From NCBI GenBank assembly GCA_041666845.1, contig JBAYGC010000006.1:6-64005 (forward strand): a DNA stretch of 64,000 nt, in the 5' to 3' direction. Below, piece after piece: positions 39,908 to 50,960 of the stretch. Source of the stretch: Patescibacteria group bacterium. Lineage in GTDB: Bacteria; Patescibacteriota; Patescibacteriia; UM-FILTER-42-10. Made by a program: the position numbers and the translations under genes. Within the stretch, counting starts at the first letter, position 1; every line of letters starts with the position of its first letter. Under the pieces are notes generated by a model. It worked only from the letters and a program-made list of their open reading frames with translations, ran no database searches and was not told where the DNA came from.

Positions 39908-41398
39908 CTACCCGATGATTTCCTTCAGCATGGTGGTTGCTACCTTCGGATTGACCTTCCCTTTGGTTTCCTTCATCACTTGTCCGACCAAAAACTGCAG
40001 CACATTTACATTTCCCGATCTGAAATCAGCAACTGCCTTTTCATTATCCGCAACAATCTTTTTCACGATCAGTTCAATCTCCGATGAATCGTTCATCTGC
40101 TTCAGATTTTTTTCTTCCACCACCTGTGAAGGATCGGAACCTTTTTCAAACATCACGCGCATCACCAGTTGTGCCGCACTGCTGTTGATCTCTCCCAGAT
40201 AAACCATCTTCACAAGTTCCGCCATATTTTCCGGACTGATTTTAATTTTTTCCGGCTCTATCTGACTTTCCTTTATCAGTTTAAAAAGCTCGGTGGTAAT
40301 CCAGTTCACCGCCATTTGCACTAATTTCTTTTCTGTTTTTTCGTCTAATACCGATTTATCTTCCTGACTTTGTACCCAGGCGATAAGTTCGGTTATCGTA
40401 TCTTCAAAAAAATCGGCGATTTTCTGAGAATAAGTTAAAACTACCGCTTGTGAATATGAGACTCCCAGCTCTTCATGGAATCTTTTTCTTTTTTCGTCCG
40501 GCAGTTCCGGTAGTTTCGCTTCGATACTTCTGACATAATCGTCCGTAAAATGCAGTGGCGCCAAATCCGGTTCAGGAAAATACCGGTAATCATGCTGTTC
40601 TTCTTTACTGCGCTCTTCTTTGGTAATCCCCTGGTCATCCAGCCAGCGCCTAGTAATCAAACGGTCTGGCGGTGTCCCCGCTTCCCAAAGTTTAGTCTGG
40701 CGTTCAATCTCATAGGTCAGCGCCCGTTCCACCCCGCGGAAGGAATTCATGTTTTTTATTTCCGTTTTCGTATAAAACTTCCTTTCCCCTTCCGGCCTGA
40801 GTGAAATATTCGCGTCACAACGCAAGTTACCTTTTTCCATATCAGCATCCGAGATTTCCAGGTATTCCAAGAGCAGTTTCAGATCCGTCAAAAAGATCCT
40901 GGCTTCCGCCGGTGTCCTGATCTCGGGCTCGGTAACAATCTCGATCAAGGGTGATCCCGCACGGTTAAAATCGACCAAACTGTAATCCTCACCAGTAGGA
41001 TGCATCAATTTCGCCGCATCCTCTTCCATATGCAGCCGGGTAATCCCGATGCGTTTTCTTTCATCTCCGATGGTAATAATCAAACGACCTTCCTTGCCGA
41101 CCGGATGGTCAAGCTGAGAAATCTGGTAACCTTTCGGCAGATCCGGATAAAAATAGTTCTTCCGGTCAAATTTGGAGTAATCATTAATCTCACAGTGCAA
41201 AGCCAGCGCCGCAGTTAACGCGCTGTCTACCGCCTGCTGGTTGGTTACCGGCAGTGTCCCGGGATGACCCATGCAGATCGGGCAGATATTGGTATTCGGT
41301 TTGGCGTTATCGCTATTATTGGAACATGCGCAAAACATCTTGCTCTTGGTATTGAGCTGAACGTGAATTTCCAGACCGATGATTGTTTCCAGTTTCAT
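39908..41398 (-). CDS. gatB: Asp/Glu-tRNA amidotransferase subunit B
   Basis: Typical GatB N-terminus (ETIIGLEIHVQL) and a C-terminal YqeY-like domain. Confidence 0.95.
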   Translation of the reverse strand: MKLETIIGLEIHVQLNTKSKMFCACSNNSDNAKPNTNICPICMGHPGTLPVTNQQAVDSALTAALALHCEINDYSKFDRKNYFYPDLPKGYQISQLDHPVGKEGRLIITIGDERKRIGITRLHMEEDAAKLMHPTGEDYSLVDFNRAGSPLIEIVTEPEIRTPAEARIFLTDLKLLLEYLEISDADMEKGNLRCDANISLRPEGERKFYTKTEIKNMNSFRGVERALTYEIERQTKLWEAGTPPDRLITRRWLDDQGITKEERSKEEQHDYRYFPEPDLAPLHFTDDYVRSIEAKLPELPDEKRKRFHEELGVSYSQAVVLTYSQKIADFFEDTITELIAWVQSQEDKSVLDEKTEKKLVQMAVNWITTELFKLIKESQIEPEKIKISPENMAELVKMVYLGEINSSAAQLVMRVMFEKGSDPSQVVEEKNLKQMNDSSEIELIVKKIVADNEKAVADFRSGNVNVLQFLVGQVMKETKGKVNPKVATTMLKEIIG

Positions 41399-41410
41399 GA
41401 GGTAATTGTA

Positions 41411-42091
41411 TCATGCATTAATTATTGGTAAAACAACCTCCCACACCTTTTCGTGGATCGCCTCGCGGGAAAGCAGTTCGCCGTTTTCCACGCATTTCAC
41501 AATCTGAAAACCGTATTTTTTCGCCGCTTCCAGATAAGTTCTTTCCGCGTTTTCCAGGTGATTCAGATCCTCCTCGTGGATATCGTGCGTTTTACCCTTC
41601 AAATATTCCCGTGCTTCTTTTTTCCCTACCAACTCCTGTGCGATTTTGGCCGGAACATATAGCAATATTGTGGCATTGGGCCTCGGAATTCCCAGCTGGT
41701 TGTATTCCATGTTATCAAGCCATTCAAAATATTTTGATCTGTCTTCGGCATCTTTAATCTTGCCCCCCTGATGACCCATATTGGATGAAACATACCGGTT
41801 GGCAACAACTACCTTTCCTTCATTCAAACTTCTGCGCAAATCCTTGCTCGCGGAATAGCGGTCCATCGCGTAGAAAAGTGATGCGGTATAGGGATTCACC
41901 TCATCTGCCTTGCCAAATTCGCCATTCAAATAATCTTCCACCATCGCGGCGGAACGTTTGCCGTATCTGGGGAAGTCAGCATATTCTTTTGCGTAACCTT
42001 CTTTTGCCAAACGTGCCAACAGCAAATCCGTCTGGGTCTTTTTACCGGACCCGTCCGTTCCATCCAGAACAATCAGCTTGCCTTTTGACAT
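41411..42091 (-). CDS. tmk: Thymidylate kinase
   Basis: P-loop LIVLDGTDGSGKKTQ and the lid region. Confidence 0.9.
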   Translation of the reverse strand: MSKGKLIVLDGTDGSGKKTQTDLLLARLAKEGYAKEYADFPRYGKRSAAMVEDYLNGEFGKADEVNPYTASLFYAMDRYSASKDLRRSLNEGKVVVANRYVSSNMGHQGGKIKDAEDRSKYFEWLDNMEYNQLGIPRPNATILLYVPAKIAQELVGKKEAREYLKGKTHDIHEEDLNHLENAERTYLEAAKKYGFQIVKCVENGELLSREAIHEKVWEVVLPIINA

Positions 42092-42576
42092 TATTTTTCC
42101 AGTTCTAAAAATGTAAATTGAAGATTCTCATGCCGACCGTTGCCTTTCACTGTAACTTTTTCAAAAGCGGAATAATCCGGAAAGAAAGTATCAGCATCAA
42201 AATCTCCTTTAACAATAGTCAGATACAGTTTATCAGCCAGCGGAAGCGCTTGTTTATAAATCTCCCCGCCACCAATAATAAAGATTTCCTCTCCGCCTTC
42301 CTGTTTTTTTGCAAATTCTATCGCATTTTCGAGTGACGAAGATACAAACCCGCCTTTGGTCGCTTTCAGGTTACGCGATACAATAATATTGGTTCTGTTT
42401 GGTAATGGCCTCCCGATCGACTCGTGAGTTTTTCGGCCCATAATCACCGGGTGACCGGTGGTAATCTGTTTGAACCTCTGTAGATCTTCCGGAATGTTCC
42501 ATAAAAGTTTTCCGTTGCGACCGATAGCGTGATTTTCGGATAGTGCGCAGATGATATTGATATGAGACTTGGACAT
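42091..42576 (-). CDS. folA: Dihydrofolate reductase
   Basis: IICALSENHAIGRNGKLLW, PVIMGRKT. The stop codon overlaps the tmk start (TAATG). The start was chosen at MSKSHINI. Confidence 0.85.
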   Translation of the reverse strand: MSKSHINIICALSENHAIGRNGKLLWNIPEDLQRFKQITTGHPVIMGRKTHESIGRPLPNRTNIIVSRNLKATKGGFVSSSLENAIEFAKKQEGGEEIFIIGGGEIYKQALPLADKLYLTIVKGDFDADTFFPDYSAFEKVTVKGNGRHENLQFTFLELEK

Positions 42577-42693
42577 GTTTTTTATATAAAGATTCAGATA
42601 TTTTTCTCTTCCCATCATCCTGAACTCGATTCCCCGTCCGCCTGCTAGCGCAGTCAGCGGGGCGGGCAGGATCCCATTACGATTATATACTAG

Positions 42694-42714
42694 ATTCTGA
42701 AACTAGTTCAGAAT
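42694..42714. promoter_or_regulatory. Perfect 8-bp inverted repeat attctgaa-actag-ttcagaat between thyA and folA
   Basis: Palindrome centred between the thyA stop and the folA start. Either a terminator-like hairpin or an operator. Confidence 0.4.
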
Positions 42715-42722
42715 GGTAAACC

Positions 42723-43622
42723 CTAAACTGCTATCTGGGCGACAATCCTCGGGTGCGGATCATAACCCTCTAAATTAAAATCTTCAAACTTAAATTGAAA
42801 TACATCCTTAACATCCGGATTTATTTTCATCACCGGCAGTTTCTTCGGGGTGCGGGAAAGCTGAAGCTTTACCTGATCCATGTGATTATTGTAAATATGT
42901 ACATCACCAAATGTATGGATATAATCGCCCAGTTCAAGTCCGGTCACCTGCGCCATCATCAAAGTTAGAAGCGAATATGAGGCAATATTAAACGGCACGC
43001 CCAAAAATACATCGGCACTGCGCTGATACAGCTGACAGGACAATCTGCCGTTCACCACGTAGAACTGGAAAACAGTGTGACACAGTGGCGGAGCGGATTT
43101 CTTACCTTGAACTAAACTTTGAATATCCGCCACATTCCACCCGCTGACCAGAATCCTTCTGGAGTCCGGATTAGATTTAATCATATCCACTGCATTCTGA
43201 ATCTGATTTATTTTAGTACCATCCGGCGCTTCCCAGCGGATCCATTGCTTGCCGTAAACCGGCCCGAGATCTCCCCATTTTTCGGCAAATCCTTTTTCTG
43301 ATTTAATTTTTTCCACGAATTCATCCAATGTTTCATTCTGATATTCTGGACTTGCTTTATATGTCTCAAACGGCCATTCATTCCAGATTTTTACCCCCCG
43401 ATCCACCAGATATTTGATATTCGTATCACCGGTCAAAAACCATAGTAACTCGTGAATTATCCCTTTCACGAACATTTTTTTGGTAGTCAACAGCGGGAAT
43501 CCATCCTGCAGATTTACCCGCATTTGGTAACCAAAATAACTACGCGTGCCTGTGCCGGTGCGGTCTGATTTGTCGACACCTTTGTCAACAATCGTTTGCA
43601 GTAAATCGAGATATTGTTTCAT
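42723..43622 (-). CDS. thyA: Thymidylate synthase (ThyA)
   Basis: MKQYLDLL, the active-site region and a C-terminal AQIAV ending. Confidence 0.95.
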   Translation of the reverse strand: MKQYLDLLQTIVDKGVDKSDRTGTGTRSYFGYQMRVNLQDGFPLLTTKKMFVKGIIHELLWFLTGDTNIKYLVDRGVKIWNEWPFETYKASPEYQNETLDEFVEKIKSEKGFAEKWGDLGPVYGKQWIRWEAPDGTKINQIQNAVDMIKSNPDSRRILVSGWNVADIQSLVQGKKSAPPLCHTVFQFYVVNGRLSCQLYQRSADVFLGVPFNIASYSLLTLMMAQVTGLELGDYIHTFGDVHIYNNHMDQVKLQLSRTPKKLPVMKINPDVKDVFQFKFEDFNLEGYDPHPRIVAQIAV

Positions 43623-44167
43623 TTCTTTTTACTATTTGATTTCATCATCATTTCATCATAGAAAATTCCGATAATGAAATCATTTTCTAAAACTCCAATT
43701 TTTTTATAAAATTCTTTGATGGCAATAAGAGCTTTTTTTGAATCAGTGTTCATCATCTCAACTTCCATGAATTCGCCAAGTCCCCGCACTTTATCCAGGA
43801 CTATATTTAGTTTACCATATGTATATAATTCTCTTACTTTATCAACAACTACACATTTTACAAAACGTAATTCTTTCAACATTTGCTGAATCAGTTTGAT
43901 ATCAGTGACAGGAAGTTCATACTCCACAGTTTCAAAATGATTTAATGGTTTATGGACTTCTAATGAACCTTTATTTGATCTGCCATCATGTCTTATCCGG
44001 AATTTTAATCTGCTATTTTTTCCGTAAAACTTTTCTCCTCTCGCCGGCGTGTAGTAAATATCTACAATTCTTTTACTTCCTTTTTTTCTTGCCCCTATTC
44101 TTATCAGCTCTTTCTTTATTTTTAAAAGAGAAGCGATTCTTGCTTTAATTTCAACTTCTGTCTGCAT
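43619..44167 (-). CDS. CYTH-domain protein (CyaB/class IV adenylate cyclase-like triphosphate tunnel enzyme)
   Basis: EVEIKARI (ExExK motif) and beta-strand-rich periodic charges. It overlaps thyA by 4 bp. Confidence 0.6.
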   Translation of the reverse strand: MQTEVEIKARIASLLKIKKELIRIGARKKGSKRIVDIYYTPARGEKFYGKNSRLKFRIRHDGRSNKGSLEVHKPLNHFETVEYELPVTDIKLIQQMLKELRFVKCVVVDKVRELYTYGKLNIVLDKVRGLGEFMEVEMMNTDSKKALIAIKEFYKKIGVLENDFIIGIFYDEMMMKSNSKKK

Positions 44168-44289
44168 TATATTAATACTTACTATTTGTAATAATCTCCA
44201 CTTTGACTATAGAGCGAGTAAACGTTCGACTGAGACTCACACCGACTATTCGCCACCTAATTCCTAACAACTAATCCCTAGACCCTAAC

Positions 44290-44712
44290 CTACTTACCGG
44301 TGCTGCCGAACCCACCTTCACCCCTGGGTGATTCAGAGAGCTCATCTACTTCCTCAATCTCCGCTGTTTCAATTTTCTGGATCAGGAGCTGTGCTATTTT
44401 ATCGCCTTTATCAATATGAAAATCTTCATCGCCGGCATTATATAAGACTACTCCGTATTCTCCGCGGTATGTATATTCAATCACCCCGCCAAAACCGGTG
44501 ATTCCGAACTTTGAAGCCAATCCACTTTTATCCCAGATCAGCGCCACATATCCTTCCGGCAATTCCAGGGCAAATCCGGTTTTAAAATGGTATCTTTGAC
44601 CCGGTTTTAATATAACATCTTCCAAGGAATAAATATCCAGACCGGCATCACCCGGGTGGGCATACTTAGGGATCTGTAAATCCGGATGCAATCGCTTAAT
44701 TTTTATCTTCAT
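44290..44712 (-). CDS. dut: dUTP diphosphatase
   Basis: dUTPase motifs AHPGDAGLD and RGEGGFGSTG. Confidence 0.9.
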   Translation of the reverse strand: MKIKIKRLHPDLQIPKYAHPGDAGLDIYSLEDVILKPGQRYHFKTGFALELPEGYVALIWDKSGLASKFGITGFGGVIEYTYRGEYGVVLYNAGDEDFHIDKGDKIAQLLIQKIETAEIEEVDELSESPRGEGGFGSTGK

Positions 44713-45251
44713 TCGACCAGTTTATCTAACTGTTTATAAAAATCTTCTTTTGTTCCGTCGTTGTCAATAACCACATCCGCCTTTTCAATCATATCCTGTA
44801 TGTGAACCTCTGCTTCCGCAGCACTGTCTTTTTGGAATTCGTCCCAGGTTTTCTCCTCATCTCCCGGATTTTCCGCCCTCTTTACCAGTCGCTCAAAGCG
44901 CGTTCTGGCATCAACCTGTAGACTGACTAATTTAAATCCTGGGATCGCCTTTAGATGTTCAATGTCCGTCCAGCGTCGGACACCGTCAATCACAATTACA
45001 TCGCCTTCAGCTTTTTTGACATCTTCCGCAATGGCTTTTGATAAAATATCCTGCGAAAAATTTTCCCTCAGTACCTGGGAAATATTCTGCAGATTTTCCC
45101 TGGTCTGTGGCAGATACACGCGATCCGCAACATCCCGCAGAATAGTCGAAAAACGGAAACTTTCGGCTCCGTATTTTTCGCTCAGATATTTGCAGGCAGT
45201 ACCTTTACCGCTTGCGATCAACCCTGTAAATCCAAGAACTTTCTTACTCAT
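44709..45251 (-). CDS. P-loop nucleotide/nucleoside kinase (CoaE/dNMP-kinase-like)
   Basis: GFTGLIASGKGT Walker A. 180 aa. Embedded in a dNTP-metabolism operon. Confidence 0.55.
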   Translation of the reverse strand: MSKKVLGFTGLIASGKGTACKYLSEKYGAESFRFSTILRDVADRVYLPQTRENLQNISQVLRENFSQDILSKAIAEDVKKAEGDVIVIDGVRRWTDIEHLKAIPGFKLVSLQVDARTRFERLVKRAENPGDEEKTWDEFQKDSAAEAEVHIQDMIEKADVVIDNDGTKEDFYKQLDKLVE

Positions 45252-45264
45252 TAACGTTATGTAT

Positions 45265-45807
45265 TTATTTGCTTGTCTTCATCTCCACATCCCCTTCGTC
45301 CGGTTTCATCACTTCTATTTCTTCCGCAAATATTTCCTGTAATTGCTTCTGCCATTCGATATTCTCCTGATAAACTTCCACCTCTATCCCCGCCTCTTTC
45401 AGAAAATCCACGACTTTAGAATTACGGTATACTTTTCCCATAACCACTTTTTTAATACCGGCCGCAATAATATATTTGGTGCAATGAATACAAGGGCTGT
45501 ATTTCATATACAGTATCGATCCTTGAGTATTTGTTCCTGAGATTGTAGCAGCCTGCAAGATAGCATTGTGTTCGCCATGAATAGTTCTCACGCAGTGACC
45601 CTCTTCCATCAGATGCCCTATATCATCGCAGTGCGGTAATCCGGGAGGCGAACCGTTATAGCCGGTGGAAATAATTCTCCGGTCTTTAACCAAAACAGCG
45701 CCTTGATAAAGACGATCGCAAGTACTGCGGGTTCCGATAATTTTTGCAATCGCCATGAAATAATCATCCCATGACGGGCGAACATGCTTTTTGGTTTCTT
45801 TTTCCAT
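45265..45807 (-). CDS. dCMP deaminase (CMP/dCMP deaminase zinc-binding family)
   Basis: HGEHNAIL (H-x-E) and SPCIHCTKYI (PCxxC). Confidence 0.85.
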   Translation of the reverse strand: MEKETKKHVRPSWDDYFMAIAKIIGTRSTCDRLYQGAVLVKDRRIISTGYNGSPPGLPHCDDIGHLMEEGHCVRTIHGEHNAILQAATISGTNTQGSILYMKYSPCIHCTKYIIAAGIKKVVMGKVYRNSKVVDFLKEAGIEVEVYQENIEWQKQLQEIFAEEIEVMKPDEGDVEMKTSK

Positions 45808-45831
45808 ATTCTTCTCCCTAAAGTTTATGGC

Positions 45832-46515
45832 TTAGGCAACGACTTTAACGCTCGGCCCCATAGAACTGGCCAGATGGACCTGCTTGATGTATGTGCCTTT
45901 CAGTGATTCCGGTTTAGCTTTCTTAATCGCATCCATCAATACCGCGTAGTTCTCTTTCAATTTTTCGTCATCAAAGGAAACTTTCCCGATCATCTGGTGA
46001 ATGTTGCCGGAATCATCCGAACGGTACATCGCTTTGCCGGAAACTAATTCGGAAATAGTTTTTTTCACATCTTTAGTTATGGTATCTGTCTTTGGATTCG
46101 GCATTAAACCTTTCTGTCCCAGAATTTTGGCGATACTGCCCAGATTTTTCATGATCTGCGGTTCAGCAATAGCAATGTCAAAATCGCATTTTTTGGTGGA
46201 TTTTATCTCCTTAATCACTGATTCATCGCCGATAATATCCGCACCCGCCTCTTTCGCCTCTTTTTCTTTTTCCGGAGAAACGAAAGCAGCAATCCGGAGC
46301 TTCTTACCCAGACCGTGAGGAATCAAAAACGTACCTCTGATCATTTGATCCGCTTTTTTGGTATCAATCCCCAGACTGATATGCACTTCTACCGATGAAT
46401 CAAACTTGGTGGTAGATGTTTCTCTGATAATTTTAATCGCTTCCGCAATCGGATACACTTTAGTTTTGTCGATTTTCTTGCTTGCCTCGATGTAACGCTT
46501 GCTCTTTTTGGTCAT
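45832..46515 (-). CDS. rplA: 50S ribosomal protein L1
   Basis: 227 aa with typical L1 sequence. Confidence 0.95.
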   Translation of the reverse strand: MTKKSKRYIEASKKIDKTKVYPIAEAIKIIRETSTTKFDSSVEVHISLGIDTKKADQMIRGTFLIPHGLGKKLRIAAFVSPEKEKEAKEAGADIIGDESVIKEIKSTKKCDFDIAIAEPQIMKNLGSIAKILGQKGLMPNPKTDTITKDVKKTISELVSGKAMYRSDDSGNIHQMIGKVSFDDEKLKENYAVLMDAIKKAKPESLKGTYIKQVHLASSMGPSVKVVA

Positions 46516-46576
46516 TGTATTTTCCTTCGTGGTACAAACCCCCGGTTCTACCGAGGTCCCACAAGTTAATTATTAT

Positions 46577-47458
46577 TTATTCTTCTAATTTTTTATGAGT
46601 TTCCTGTTCTTTGCGCACTGTCCGCCAGTGGTACCAGAATAATGGAATCCCTAGCAGGATAAACGGCAGATTACGTGCAGCTTCGGTTTGCGTGTTATCA
46701 AATGATGTTTGGGATAGTTTCTGCCAGTTATCATAATCAACAATCCAATCCTTAGCGGTGGTTACAGTTGCTGCGTCTAACTGACATTTATCCGCGCAAT
46801 CAATAATACTCTGAACAGAATTCTTTTCCAGTACCAAGGATGTTTGCTGATCAACTACCTTCTGGTTTAATCTGTCAGCCTCTGATGCAGCGGGAAAAAT
46901 CCATGTTTTAAGTACAAGATTAATCATAATACCACCGGCAATAACAAACATCAGTAAAGCCCCCAGAGAAACGAGGTAGAAATAAATCGGGCGGATTACA
47001 GTAGCTGCACCTTCTTTTTTAGCATCTTTCTGGACAGAACGGAAATGAATGATAAATATCGGCAACGCGATAATCAGGAAAGAGAGTGCCGCCACCGCTG
47101 CTTGTGAATTTTGATAGTTCGGATTATTCGCTGTTTTCTGCCATGCTGTATAACTTTCTTCCCACGAACTGATCATCGTCTTATCTTCATCTGTAATTTT
47201 GCATTCATCTGTACAATCGATATTATCGACAGTTACTCCTACTTTCGGGTCTAACTCATTGAAATAGAGAGTTGGCGGCGGACCAGTACGGTATGGGTCA
47301 TTATTGGCATCAGTTAAAACCCATGTTTTCAAGCCCAGATTAATCAAGGCGATCAAAGAACCGACGACCAGTGCTAGAGTAATAAAAGACGCTAGATAAA
47401 AATATATGTGTCTGATTATATTACCCTTTTTTTGTTTATTCGATTGTTGTTCTTCCAT
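46577..47458 (-). CDS. Tandem-duplicated membrane protein (DUF5671-like) inserted between rplK and rplA
   Basis: Two internal repeats, each of the form IRxIYFYL...INLxLKTW - Cxx(D/A)xC - W..W - TM helix (IPxFxxHxR). Confidence 0.6.
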   Translation of the reverse strand: MEEQQSNKQKKGNIIRHIYFYLASFITLALVVGSLIALINLGLKTWVLTDANNDPYRTGPPPTLYFNELDPKVGVTVDNIDCTDECKITDEDKTMISSWEESYTAWQKTANNPNYQNSQAAVAALSFLIIALPIFIIHFRSVQKDAKKEGAATVIRPIYFYLVSLGALLMFVIAGGIMINLVLKTWIFPAASEADRLNQKVVDQQTSLVLEKNSVQSIIDCADKCQLDAATVTTAKDWIVDYDNWQKLSQTSFDNTQTEAARNLPFILLGIPLFWYHWRTVRKEQETHKKLEE

Positions 47459-47480
47459 GGGTTTATTTTCGAATAATTAA

Positions 47481-47903
47481 TTATTCAATAGTTATACCCA
47501 TTTGACGGGCGGTGCCTTCAATAATTTTCATTGCACCTTCGATGTCATTAGCGTTCAGATCCGGCATTTTCTTTTCTGCAATTTCTTTGATCTGGGCTTT
47601 GGTTACTTTGCCGACTTTGGTGATTAGCGGATTACCGGATCCTTTTTGGATTCCTGCGGCTTTCTTTAATAACTCGGCAGCTGGTGGAGTTTTTAGGATA
47701 AATGAATATGTCCGATCTTCATAAACGGTTATTTCAACCGGGGTAATATCTCCACCAAGATCCTTGGTTTCATTATTAAACTTGGTGCAGAATTCCTGGA
47801 TATTTAAGCCGTGCTGACCTAAAGCCGGTCCGACCGGAGGCGCTGGATTTGCTTTGCCTGCCGGAATTTGTAATTTGATGACTGTTTTAATTTTCTTAGC
47901 CAT
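47481..47903 (-). CDS. rplK: 50S ribosomal protein L11
   Basis: [19 protein letters not shown]. Confidence 0.95.
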   Translation of the reverse strand: MAKKIKTVIKLQIPAGKANPAPPVGPALGQHGLNIQEFCTKFNNETKDLGGDITPVEITVYEDRTYSFILKTPPAAELLKKAAGIQKGSGNPLITKVGKVTKAQIKEIAEKKMPDLNANDIEGAMKIIEGTARQMGITIE

Positions 47904-47995
47904 TGTTAGATAGATTTATGTTATAAGATTTAAGGTTGAGTTAACAGGTCAAATACATCTAGAAGCAATGCATGATCTGAAAACCTTTAATACTA

Positions 47996-48541
47996 CTAAA
48001 GCTTCTTAATCTGTAGTGAATCCAGCTCGGTAGGCGTTTCCCGGCCGAACATGGAAACCAGTACTTTGACTTTTCCGCGGGCATCATCAACTTCCGAAAC
48101 TTTTCCTTCCATTTCTTTGAAAGGACCATCGGTAATGCGCACTGGATCACCAACCGCCACATCAATCTTGTATTTCGGCTCTTCAATTCCCATTCTCTTC
48201 TGCAGATTCTTCACTTCGTCCTCTGAAATTGGCGTCGGAGTTGTACCGGTTCCCACAAATCCTGTTACGTTCGGCGTATTTCGCACGACATACCATGATT
48301 CATCGGTAACGATCATTTCCACCAACACATAACCCGGGAATATTTTTTCGGTTACTATTTTACGCTTTCCATTTTTTATTTTTATTTTCTTTTCGGTAGG
48401 AATTAAAACGTTGAAAATTTTATCCTCCATATCCATCGATTCGATTCTTTGTCGAAGATTTCGGGAAACATTTTCTTCATATCCCGAATAAGTATGTAGA
48501 ACATACCAGCGTTTTCCATGTTTTGCAGTTTGTTTTGGCAT
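47996..48541 (-). CDS. nusG: Transcription antitermination factor NusG
   Basis: NGN domain (WYVLHTYSGYE) and a KOW domain. Confidence 0.9.
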   Translation of the reverse strand: MPKQTAKHGKRWYVLHTYSGYEENVSRNLRQRIESMDMEDKIFNVLIPTEKKIKIKNGKRKIVTEKIFPGYVLVEMIVTDESWYVVRNTPNVTGFVGTGTTPTPISEDEVKNLQKRMGIEEPKYKIDVAVGDPVRITDGPFKEMEGKVSEVDDARGKVKVLVSMFGRETPTELDSLQIKKL

Positions 48542-48544
48542 AGC

Positions 48545-48739
48545 TTATTTAATTAGTTGCTCAAGCCCTAAATTCAATAGATAATCGGCCAGTCCCAAAA
48601 ACACGGCCACTGATATACTGACCCCGATCACAATCAAAGTATGTTTGATCGCCTCTTTGCGGCTGGGCCAGGTAACTTTCCTTAGTTCGTCTTTCGATTC
48701 CTTAAAGTATCGAAATATCTTATTGTTGGTTACTGTCAT
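48545..48739 (-). CDS. secE: Preprotein translocase subunit SecE
   Basis: Single C-terminal TM helix and the motif KVTWPS. Start taken at the internal Met (MTVTNN...). Confidence 0.7.
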   Translation of the reverse strand: MTVTNNKIFRYFKESKDELRKVTWPSRKEAIKHTLIVIGVSISVAVFLGLADYLLNLGLEQLIK

Positions 48740-48846
48740 TTTTTGGTCTTTAAAAAGCCCTTGTCGGGCTCTGATTTTTCTCAAATAAATCATACCCGAA
48801 ATCGAAATAATTTGCAAGTGCTTCGTTTGAAATTTGTGAAATTACG

Positions 48847-50943
<2,097 letters not shown>

Positions 50944-50960
50944 CTACCTTTCTTCAAGTA

